From NCBI RefSeq assembly GCF_009834535.1, contig NC_045697.1, positions 3,226,001 through 3,286,000 of the forward strand: a DNA stretch of 60,000 nucleotides, written 5' to 3'. This document shows positions 11,213 to 22,185 of the stretch, in pieces. Position 1 is the stretch's first letter, and each line of letters opens with the position of its first letter. The notes below the pieces were generated by a model. It was not told the DNA's origin. It searched no databases and saw only the letters and a list, made by a program, of their open reading frames with translations. Source of the stretch: Camelus ferus (Eukaryota). The translations under genes and the position numbers were made by a program.

Positions 11213-14130
11213 GTAAGTGTGTCTCTCGGTGCCCTGCGTTCTCGCTTGAGGTGCCGTTTGCAGAGCTGGGGCTGGGGCCATCCCCTCCGCTGCTCAGGCG
11301 GAGATGCCCGGGTTGGGGCCCGCTGGAGAGACGGAACCACGTGCAGCCTCACCCATCCTGGTTTGCTGCATTAAGAAGGGCCAGGATTTTTAACCCAGCT
11401 TTTAGGACGGTTGTACATAAAAAGATCAGCAGAGCTGGGCTGTTAACTGCAGGCGTGGTTAAGCACATTCAAGTATGAGGTCGTCGTGGGTGCAGGTGGC
11501 AGGGCTGCTCACAGCTTTGGGTCAGGACACCTCGGTTTGTGTCCCTGATCTGCTGCTGGCAGTGACTTGGGTTGAGTCATGTAAACTCTCTGAACTCAGC
11601 TTCCACATGTTAAAGACGTAGACGAGTGTCTGCTGTGGTTCCTGTGATCAAAATAATCGGGGTAACACACGCACCTCAGAGCAAGAGAAAACACACGGGT
11701 TTATGAGGAGATCCTGCCCCTGCAGTGCCTTCTAGTCTTCGGCCAGCTCAGCCGCAGCTTATACCCTCCTCTGCAGTCTCCACGGCCACCTGACCAGGGT
11801 AGTATCATCCGCCCCATCTGCAATGTAGACATAATCTCAGAGAAGTGACACGGCTTCTCTGAGGCCTCACAGCCGGCAGGTAGCAGAACCAGAGTGAGGA
11901 CCAGGTTTTCAGACTCCAGATCTGGCAGGGTCTGGACTGAGCGGAGAGAAGCAGCAAGACTTGAGTGCAAGGCAGCCCGCCAGAGCATCCCTCCTGATCT
12001 GCAGCTACAGGAAGCCAGGGTGATATTGCGATCTGTGTGCAGTTGTGTTTGCTCGTGTTGGATAGATGCGCCTTTGTTCCTCACCCCCCGGTGGGGCTTG
12101 TTCACCCCTGGCTCTCTGCTCCTCGCTGGCTGCAAGGATGGGAGAGCAGTCGCTTCGAGGAGGCTCCATCTCACCAAGGGGTGCACACGCAGACAGGCTG
12201 GACAGGCCATGGCACCGGCTCCCCCCCAGTTCAGGGGGTCTTGGGGTGAGAGATAGGAGGTAGATGGGAATGTGAGTTTGACGTGACCACTGGGGAAGCT
12301 GCATCCACACCTTATGAGCCTGGCTCCGTGCAGCTGGTAGAGCCGGCCCCTTGCCTACGAAGACTAGGCTGGCGGCTCCAGGCAGCAGCCTGCACACCAG
12401 GCGGCACCGTGCCCAGTGTGCCAGCCTCCTGTCTGCACGGTGATGGGATTTCGGAGTCGGAGAGCACACGAGGCGGATGGAGAGGGCTTCTTCCTCAGCC
12501 TCTCCCGTGGACGGGCCCCAGTCTTGTTGGACAGGTGCTCCCTGCTTCTGCCCCAGGGAAGTGTGTGCCTTCTTCACAGACGCTCACCTGCTCTCCCTCC
12601 TCCCCAAACACACCTCCCAGCAGCCAGCGGGGCCAAACCCTCATGACCCTGATTTGTGCTGCGTGCAGCTTATTTCGACCTTACTTTTCTGGCAAATCTC
12701 ATCTCCCTCATGCAGTCGGGTGTACTTACATTCACTTAGAATTTTAGTGTCGTCCATTTGGAAAGGGGCAGGTAGGGGAGGGAGTAACGGGCCTGCAGAG
12801 CTTTGTCGTGCGAGGCCTGACTCAACAGGAAGCTCGGGCTCTGTGTAGCGTCCCTCTCAGCACCTGGGCTGATTTTATTTCCTAGATGATTCATTCCTTT
12901 ATTATCTGAGTCCTTCTGTAGGAATTTTTAGTAACTTTGGTGACATCTAATGAAGAAAAAAGAGAAAAATAGTTGCATTCTGTGTTTTTGCTGAGTTGAG
13001 CCAGTTGCTTTATAGACTGGATGTGGCTTACTGCACGCGGCTTACTGCACGCGGACCAGAAGGTGCGGACGGCTGTCGGTTACCGGATGTAGGTTTGTCG
13101 GGAGCATCTCAGATGAGGAAAAGTGGAGTTTGGAGCTTGCTCTGTTTGTAAAACGTGTGGTTAGCCAAGCCACTAGGGCAGCGCCTTAGTCTCAGGTTGT
13201 TGGTTTGCTCAGCCTTACGCTGCGAGCCTTTTCATTTCACTGTGTGGGGTTGGTCGGTTTTCGGTGAGGGGGGAGGTTGAGTGGGGAGTGATGGCTGTGT
13301 GCCTGCCTTCGTAAGTGAGGTTCTCATTGCAGTCACGATGGTTTGCCTGGCGGGAATTGGTGAATTGGGCATTTAGGACAGACGCTAGGAATGGCTCACC
13401 ATTGTCTGAGTGGACAGGGTTCTTGGGGCTCCGTTATCCCTGACAGATCTAAGCTTATGCCTACCACGGCCCAGGCATCACACGGTCATGTTAGATGGGT
13501 TTTAGGGTCATGCATCAAGTTGGTTTCTTTGACGCCCACAGAGCAGACCTCACTGCTCCTGCTCCATGGAGGGTGACGCTGGGGCTGTGGGAAATTCATT
13601 GTTTGTCTGGAATCCCTGTCTTGGGTCCATTGCCTGTCTTGCGAACTGTGATGCCGCCCTCCACGGCGTCACCCCAGAAGTGCTCCTAGTCTAGCAAGGG
13701 AGTCAGGCATGCGAATAAACAACCACGGGTGCTGGGGGTGTGAGCCCACAGAGGAGCGGGAGGTCCCCGAGGCCTTCAAGTCGTCATCGGGGTGAGCGGC
13801 TGATGGCCAGGAGCTGTGAACTCGTGAGCCTTGGCCAGTCTGGTTGGCATCTTCACTCTCCACCTTACTGAAGATTCTAAGGTGCGTGCCTCCAAGGGAG
13901 GCATTAAGGGAATTTCCTCAGATTCTGTTTTCATTTTTAAAATTTGTTTCAAAGAGTATTGGGTAATCTGAACCAGTCACTTCGCTGCTCAGCTCGAGCC
14001 TGCCCTGTGCGTTTCTGGCTGTTCAGCACAACGGCCAGCTTCGGGCTTGTGTTACTGTGTCGGCTGATCGAACGGGCTGTCGCCTACTTGGTTAAACCTA
14101 ATCTCCTATTGATGCTTTTTTTTGGGCAAG

Positions 14131-14296
14131 ATGCTGACCAGTACAAATACGGCAAGAACCGGGTTGAAGCTGATGCCAAGCGGCTGCAGGCCAAGGAGGA
14201 GGAGCTGCTGAAGAGGAGGGAAGGCCTGCGGGACAGGCTGGCCCAGCTCCGGAAGGAGAGGAAGGGCCTGAGGGCGGCCATCGAAGTCAACACAGG
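14131..14296 (+). CDS. AFAP1: AFAP1 coding exon, start of coiled-coil/leucine-zipper region ([28 protein letters not shown]...AIEVNTG)
   Basis: AAG acceptor after a T-tract; strong AFAP-family motif [14 protein letters not shown]; the only GT donor is at 14297, 1 nt 3' of the expected position (see findings). Confidence 0.93.
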
Positions 14297-15919
14297 GTAC
14301 GGGGCGGGGCGGGGCACGCACCAACTTGTGTTCAAGTCCAGGCAGGTTTCATCCTGCTCTGCCCACAGGGCCTGAGCCTCAGTAAGACTCAGTCACCCCA
14401 TGCCGTGCTTCTTGCACTGTGGAAGCATTGCTGGTCAGCCCCGGGCAGGTGCAACAACAGAACAGGCCGGAGGCCAGGGTGGCCCTCAACTGCGGGCTGA
14501 GGCGGGGTCGGCCCCGGAGCTGACAGCAGAGATCGTCTGACACAAGAGCCTTAGGGGTCAGGAGTTTCTGGTCACTGGAAGATGGGGTTCTCAGCAGGAG
14601 GACAGGTAATATTCAGAAGTCCAGGTGGGAGGTCTCTGTATGGGCAGAAGGGGCCCTCGGTTCCCTGAGAAGGAACTGTGAGAGCACGGTAGTGTCAGAT
14701 TCATGGACGGAACCAGGGGAAGAGGTCAGGTTAGGGGACTGACAACCCTCTGAGAGGAAAAGGGTAAAGACAGTCACCCAGTCAGGACCGGGGCCCTGTG
14801 TCTGGGTCAGGCCTGTCTGTTCTTGCTGGCAGGGGCTAGGGAGCTGCTTGACTAGACAAAGTTTCAGTGCAAGACTGAGTCTTACCCTGGGGCAAGACTG
14901 ACTCTGTAGCTTTCAGTGTTTTGGGCCTTGGAGGGCAAGGAGGAGGGAGTGCCGGTGCAGAGACCAGGATGGTCCCAAGAGGAAGCACCTGCTTCCCAGC
15001 GGCTCCCGGCTGCCCTCCTGTGCGGTGAGGAGTCGGCGCACAGTCAGCAGTTCCAGCCTTTCCTGACTTGGTGCCCAGATGATTTTTAAGAAAGTGCTTT
15101 CAGAGTTTAAAGAATGGGAGGCTAGGTGTGGGCTGAGCTGGCCCGAGTCAAACTGCAGGAGGGGCAGGAGAGGCTGCCCAGGAGTGGGCAGACACCGAGT
15201 CAGAGCGGTGGGTAGGCACCTTCAGGGCAGCGAGGCGGAGTGGGGTTTCTTCTTTCCCTTGTTTCCAGTTTGCAGGATAGTGAAGATGCAGAAAGCTCAG
15301 CCCAGCTCTTGGCCTCAGAAAAGAGACTCACATGCTGCCAGGCACCAGGCCAGGGCCCCATGCACACGTCGGTCACCCCAAGGAGTCAGTCGTCTCACCT
15401 GTCCAGTGGGCGCACCGCTGCCTTCCTGTGTCCCTGTAACTCATTTCAGACAAAATAAGTAAAGAGCGCGTGCCCCGTTCTGGGGAGGTGCAGGTTGTAC
15501 TTTGACCGTGGGGGCGAGTAAGACCACCCGAGAGTGACTAGCAGGAGAGTGAGGGCTCAGAAACACAGCCCTGTCAAGTCCGCGGCCCCTTCGGAAGCCG
15601 TCTAGTTCAAGTTCCTCACTTTAACATGAGGCCATTGAGGCCCAGACCCCGAACTCCTAGAATCCATGAGAACCCACGCCCTGTGCTTCCTGGTCCGTAC
15701 TCTTCCAGCTGAGCTGCAGCAAAGGAGAGCGCTTAGGAAAGGACCCTGCCCTTTCAGGCACAGCTGGGTTTGAGTTTTGTAGGAAGGACCCTCGTCAGGG
15801 GCGCTCAATCCCCCCACCAAGCTGTACCAAGCTCCTTTTAGGGGCACCAGGTGTCCGTCCTCGGTTATCCTGGGGCCGTGGCCCTCGGGTGCAGCAGCAG
15901 CGTTTCTCTGGGATTTCAG

Positions 15920-16110
15920 GCAGGAAGACACAGGTGATCCTGGAGGACAAGTTGAAGAAGCTGGAGGAGGAGTGTAAGCAGAAGGAGACTGAGCGCGTCA
16001 ACCTGGAGCTGGAGCTGACCGAGGTCAAGGAGAGCCTGAAGAAGGCCCTGGCCGGCGGGATCACCCTGGGGCTGGCCATCGAGCCCAAGTCAGGGACGTC
16101 CAGTCCGCAG
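15920..16110 (+). CDS. AFAP1: AFAP1 coding exon, coiled coil ([63 protein letters not shown])
   Basis: Tandem acceptor ttCAG|GCAG| (starts at 15920 or 15924); CAG|gtgggt donor; near-identical to the recalled AFAP1 sequence. Confidence 0.93.
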
Positions 16111-18746
16111 GTGGGTCTGCCGCTCGCCCCCGCAGCTTCGGCACTGCAGACGTGGCTCCTGTGTCCCCTGCAGACACTGCTCAGCTGTGTCTCAGCGTCA
16201 CTACGTCACACTCTCCCGTCTTTTCCACTGAACTTTTTTAAAGGTGGTGAGTCTGTTTTCCACCCCTTTGCAAAGTCTGATTGTAGTAAGTACAGTTCTT
16301 TTTCTCTTCTGAACCGTGTCCTAATTTGCTGCCAGTTCGTTAGGTAGAAATCTTAATCAAAGGCAGCGAATTTTTATAAAATGTTGCATGTGTCTTGAGA
16401 ATTACTCCAGGCGCAGGGGAGACGGAGTGAAACGGTCTGTAAACTCGGGAGCTAATGGGGCAAGCAGAAGTCACTTTGCGGACACAAGTCAGCACCTGCA
16501 GTGACCTGCCGCTCGCTCCCGTTGGCGAACTTGCTGTTGTCTTTTCACAAGCTGTCCCTCGAGTCCTTGCTACCTTGTGAGTCAGACATGATGGCTTCTG
16601 GTTCCCAGATGAGGAGCTGGAGGCCCAGGGGACTTGCCTCAGAGCACAGCCCTGCTCCCGGCTGCTCCCCTCCCCGTGCCTGGCCAGCACCCGAGCAACC
16701 GCTTGGCAGGATGTCCAGCCCGGCTGAAGCCCCCGAGGCCCCTCCCACAGCGTGGGGTGGACACCCGGGCAGAGGTTCTGTGTATAGGCGTGTGGCACCA
16801 CTGAGGTCCTGTCTCCCACCTCACCGCCCCCAGCAGTGGTCCCTTCGTCCTCCCATTGCCCACAGAGACCATCTTACAACTTCTCCCTTCTCCGGTCATC
16901 CATCCCTCTCCAGTGACACTTTCAGGGGATGGTCTCCCCCTAGCTTGGCAGAGTGAATTCCAGCCGCACTGCAGGAGCTCCCACCACCAACACCACACCA
17001 CCAACCATGTGACCAGGTTCCCTTGTGCACAGCAGAGTGGGGTGGCTAGGAAAGCAGGCCCTGGGAGCGAAGAGGTTACCTCCCTTCTCTAGGCCTCAGT
17101 GTTCCATATGTGGACTGGGGGTGAGGGTACTGCCTACTGCGTGGGACCGTGTGTGAGACAGCTCTGGGCACAGGGCCGAGCCCAAGCAGGTGTCGGTCCA
17201 TTCATTTGTGTATTCATGAGCTTGTATATACATATTCATTCGGTGAATTATGTATGTGCACTCTTCCCCTTCTGTGTGCTGGAAACAGTTCCAGGCGCAC
17301 AACAGTGAACGCCACAGATGCTTCACATAATACACTCGCATCAGGTCCTGATAAGTGCTGTGTGGGGTGGTACAGCAGGCAAGAGGGCGGAGGGAACCAG
17401 AGTCCTGGGGCCGATGGACGGTGCAGGCTTCTCAGCATCCGACAGAACAGGGGACCAAGGGCGTAAGGAGGCCGGTCCTACCCAGAGTGGTAGCAGGGCA
17501 GTGAGCGCTGGCCCATGCAGGGCAGGGATCTGTCCCAGGGGCACCTGGTGACCCTTGTCAGAGGTGGACAGGAGGCAGGAAAGCCTGTGGACCCCGTGGC
17601 CTCTTGACTTCCCAGGAGAGAGCTGAGGACCTGCGGGCATCGCCGTCCTTGGATCCCCTCCGAGTGGAGGTTCTGGGCTCCGGATCTGACTCTCTCCTAC
17701 CGTACCTTCTCTCCCGTGTCTGCAACTCCCCTGCCTCCTCGAAGCATTGAAAGATGCTCCATCCTAAAAAGATTCTGCCTCAGCCCCACATCCCCTGCGG
17801 TCACTGTCCTGTGTGCCATGTGTCCAGTGTGCCCACTGCTCTCCCCCGCTGTGGTCAGCCTGCTCCCTGAACTGCTTTCGTTCACATGACCTCAGCCCCC
17901 ACCTCCCTGGGTCTGGGTGTCTCCGGGCACTGCTCGCTGCTTTCTGTGTCTGTGACCCCACATTCTCCAGGGCTTTCCCTGCCTCTCCAGAGCCTCCCCG
18001 CGGCCCCCCTCGTCAGCTCGTCTTCCCGTGGCCCCATCCTCCTGAGGGTGCAGGACCAGCTCGTTAGAGTTCCCGCTTTCAGACCAGGGGACACTCCTGT
18101 GTCGAGGGCCTCTCCCAGGCCTTGGCTGCCCTTGTCTGCCCAGCGTGCAGCTCTCTGCTGTGTTCCGTGTCCTCCCCATCCTTGGATCCTTGGACCAGCG
18201 GCTCGTGAGACAGACAGGCCCAGAGGAGACTCGTGCTGCCCTCCTGGAGCCCAGCTCAGCCCCTCCTGGAGGTGGATGGTCTCATTCTCTCCTTTTTACC
18301 AACCGTGCCATCCCCCACTCCCTCCTTGCCAGCGCTGCCTTTTAAAAGCATTTCCCAGTAAAGGAGAAGATGGGAAAGCCAGCTGCTTGGGATCTGCAGT
18401 CTGTAGCCCCCAGGGTGGGTTTGAGTGGTAATTGAAATACTGTTCTCCTAAGACAACGCTGTGTGACCTAATGGGTATTTCTGAAGTTGCGTGTTACACA
18501 GGAAGAGGAGGGAGAGGTTTGTCCTCGGACACGTCACTCAGGAAAGTGCAGCAAATTCCCAGCTTTTTTCCCCAAAGAGCAACTCTTAATCTCCTGTGAA
18601 AGAAGCAAGGTTGGGGGGCTTGGCCACAGAAGATTCAGTTTGCTCCATCTGAAGTCTTCCTTCCACCCGCATGAACCGTACTGTAAACTGTCGGAAACCC
18701 TCTGACTGTGTGAATCCGCGTTGGGTGGCTGGCCCCAGTGAGCCCC

Positions 18747-18818
18747 GCCCGCGTCCTGGGTCCCGGAGCCCGCCTCCTGGGTCCCGGAGCCCGCGTCCTG
18801 GGTCCCGGAGCCCGCCTC
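18747..18818. repeat. 21-bp GC-rich minisatellite (gcccgc[g/c]tcctgggtcccgga) x~3.4
   Basis: Three full copies plus a partial copy, read directly. Confidence 0.9.
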
Positions 18819-19177
18819 GGGCACTGCGGCTTTGCTGCTGGGTCTGCAGGTGTTCGAGCTCTCTGAAGTCAGACAGCTCCGTGCAGGTGCTCACACTGGA
18901 GGCGGGGAGGCCCACGCTGGACACAGAAGGCTGGACTGGAGCCCCTCCTTCCCCTCCCTTCCCAGCCACGACCCCCGCCCAGCCTCAGTCTTTCCACCTG
19001 TAAGATGGAGGTTTTAACACTGCTTTTAGAATTGACACTACGAGGTGTCCTTATTACTGCTGTTAGCATTTTTGCCTATTTCCAAACCCATTTTTTTTCT
19101 TTAAAATAAACCATTTTCCTAGTGGAAAATACTGATGGCCTGGAAACCATACCTTACTCAGTGTCTTTTCTTAACAG

Positions 19178-19342
19178 TCTCCAGTGTTCCGGCATCGGGC
19201 TCTGGAGAACTCGCCCATGTCCAGCTGTGAAACCAGCGACGCTGAGGGCCCGGTGCCTGTGAACAGTGCAGCTGTCCTGAAGAAGAGCCAGCCGGCCGCC
19301 GGCGGCTCCCCCTGCCGGGGACACGTGCTTCGGAAGGCCAAG
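19178..19342 (+). CDS. AFAP1: AFAP1 penultimate coding exon ([55 protein letters not shown])
   Basis: tcttttcttaacag acceptor, AAG|gtgagc donor, 165 nt, phase 0-0. Confidence 0.95.
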
Positions 19343-22158
19343 GTGAGCTCTCTCCCCTCCTGCCTGGGGGGAGCATGGGCACTAATGGGGGACCAGGCAT
19401 CCCGGGGGTGTGGGGGGGACATTAGCTCTGATGGGGGAGCAGGCATCCCGGGCTTGTGGGGGAGCACCTGCTCTGACACAGGCTCACGGGGTGGGGGCAC
19501 TTCAGCTCCAGACTCTTGTAGGGAGTGAAGGAGCTACGTCAGGCTTCCTGTTTCAGTTCTACAGCTTCTGTATTAGATGCCATTCCTTCCTAAATCAGAC
19601 CCCTCATCAGGAATCCTCCTTCTCAAAGGCAGAAAAGACCAGAACCTTGCCTCAAGGCCTTTACCACCTGCTGTCAGGAAACCCAGCCACTCTGGTTCTC
19701 TCTCTGGTCCTGCAGGCCTCCTGGCTTCTCCTGACCTGTTTTCTCATTGGTAGAGGAGAGACTGGACCCAGTGGCTGCTGGGGTCTTTCAAAGAATGGAA
19801 AGTCCAGGCATAAACTCTCTCCAACTCCTCTTCTCCCTCCCCACCCTCAGCCTTGTAAACTGGGGCCTGAGGAGGCCCCCCTGGCAGTATCTTCCAGTCT
19901 TCTGATGGGATTAGCCACTAATACTTTGATACTAAACTTAAAAATCTCAGAAAATTTGAAAAGCTGTCATTTATCAAAGGAAACAGTTCTTGATGGCATA
20001 ACTGAAAGTGTATCGTATGAAAAGTCATACTTGGTACAATTACACTAAATCATCCAAAGGAATTTAATTTGTTCTGATGAACGAGGCCAGACGTCCTCCC
20101 TTCCCTGTCTCCAGTGGCCTCTGGTTGCTGTCATTACCTTTGTTCTTCAGCAGCTTTGGAACCCATTCTAAATTGGCTAGAAATATATTATTTTCTGAAA
20201 GGTAGATCTGGTGTTAAACAAGAAAGTGTGTGTTGACCACTGGCTACACCCTGGTGCGTTCAGGGGAGGGTCCCTGACGATGGTCCCTAGCGTATCTGTC
20301 CTTCTCGGTAAATGCACTTGGCTGAGCCTGTGTGTGCCGGCAGATGTGGGGAAAAGAAGAATCCTGTGCATCATTTGTTACTTTCCTCAGCAATCCATCA
20401 AGTGTTCTCAGTTTGTAACTGTTATGTTCATTTGCAAAGGAATATGTTTAGCCTGAGAGATTTTTAGAATTGAGCTGTCCAATAAATTCCCCCTAATTAT
20501 TTGAAAAAGGGAAATACAGTAAAAAATATTTCATTTAATTGGTTTCCTTACTGACAAAGAAATCGGTTTACAGTTCTGTAACTCCAGCCTCTGAATGGCC
20601 CCATTTCCTGGGGGGCGGGGGCTGCCCTCACCTTCGGAGGCTCAGTTCTCTGCAGTTTCAGCCCCGTTTGTGTGATGAATGTCAGATGTATGGTTGTGGC
20701 TGATTCAGATGCACAGCTGGCTGCTCAGACCGGCCCACACTCACAGAGGGAAATAGCTAACCCTGCTAGCTGGTCCAGAAAGCACCGTGGAAGTAGCCAG
20801 GAGCCTTGCCCTCAGCCTCACTAAAGGAATGGGATTGGGCGCGGCTGGCCCAGGACTCCTGAAGAGTAGTGCCAGGGCCCCACGGCTGGAGGAGGGGTGG
20901 GGGCGTGGCCTTCTGACTCTGGGAGCATCAGTACACTTGGAGGCGCGGGGTACATGTGGTCTCCTCTCCCACCCCGGCCTTTTCCTGAGGGCCGAAGCGT
21001 CTGACTCATTCTGGGCTCGGGAAGTGTTATCCCAGGCAGTATTCCTAAAACAACTTCCAGTTCCTGGCAGGGAGTGCTCTGAGTATGGGAGAGCGCGCTC
21101 TTCAAAGTCAAGTCGGCTGTCCCCACGGGAAGGGGGCTGAAGTGACCAGGATGTCGGGCTCCAGGCCCAGCATTCTCCCTCAGCCTGGGAAGTCCTGGTG
21201 CCAAGCGAGGGGTGTTCTGGAGGCTCGAGTGGGGTGGCTGCGGTGCTTTCAGAACCACCCCATGTGCCCCTTGTCCAGGGCCCCAGGGCTGCGCTGCCCC
21301 AGGCACAAACACCCACCTTGGCCTCCCACTTGGGCGGGTCCTCGGAGCTCTCTGCTTCATGGCCAGGGCGACCCGTGCTTGGTCCTGTGATTGCACACAT
21401 CAGTGGGTGTGGGTGACATTGTCAGTGTCTGTAGGTGACACACACTTACACACACACCACCTGTCTGAGTCTGCACCACCCTGTCAGAGGCTGGCGAGCT
21501 GTGCAGAGAGCTGCCCTGGAGTGCTGGGCCCGGCGTCCCTGAGCACCTCCTCTGTGTGCGGCGCCCAGCGTCCTCTCTGGGAGCCAGGAGGGGAGGGCGG
21601 GAGGAAGGCGGGACCCCAGGTCATCTTCGCCCTCGCAGAATCTGCGGGTGCTCATGCCTGGTTTTCCCGAGGTGGAGGGCGGCTCAGTTTGTGTTTTGTT
21701 TCTGCCACGTTTGCTAATGCCAGGCTTTGAATCCTTAATTAAGCTTGAACTTTAATTCTATAAAAGGTGAGAAATTCCTAAATTTATACAATACATGAAA
21801 ATGAGAAGGTGTGCAGTGTACTCTCGGCCCAGTTAATGACCCCTCAACACAGCAGGAGTCGGGCAGGTGTCTCAGACCAGCACCGCAATGCGCGCTGCCC
21901 CCAGGGCAGTGGAGGAAAGGCCCTGCCTGGTGCCAGGCCCCCGTGGGGACCACCATGCCATGCACATGTCCCTGTGGATCTGCCCAGAGCCCTTGGTGGG
22001 CCTCGGGCTGGTCTCATTTATGGGCCGTATGGTGATTCTCCTTCTGTGATTTGGGTTCAGGAACCTCGGCGCCACCCAGCCTCACTTTCCAGGGCGTGAG
22101 CGCTGGAGGGGTGTCTGCGCTGTCTTATCTTGACCCTTCCTCTCGCCCCGCCTGGCAG

Positions 22159-22185
22159 GAGTGGGAGCTGAAGAACGGCACGTAG
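22159..22185 (+). CDS. AFAP1: AFAP1 terminal coding segment EWELKNGT-stop
   Basis: Pyrimidine-rich acceptor ..cctggcag; GAG TGG GAG CTG AAG AAC GGC ACG TAG is the known AFAP1 C-terminus. Confidence 0.95.
   Translation, partial: EWELKNGT

Noticed and set aside
13025..13052. 14-bp perfect tandem duplication ggcttactgcacgc
   Set aside because: Simple slippage duplication with no evident functional motif
18747..18818. Regular repeats as a possible CRISPR-like array
   Set aside because: Head-to-tail minisatellite without spacers, in a mammalian intron
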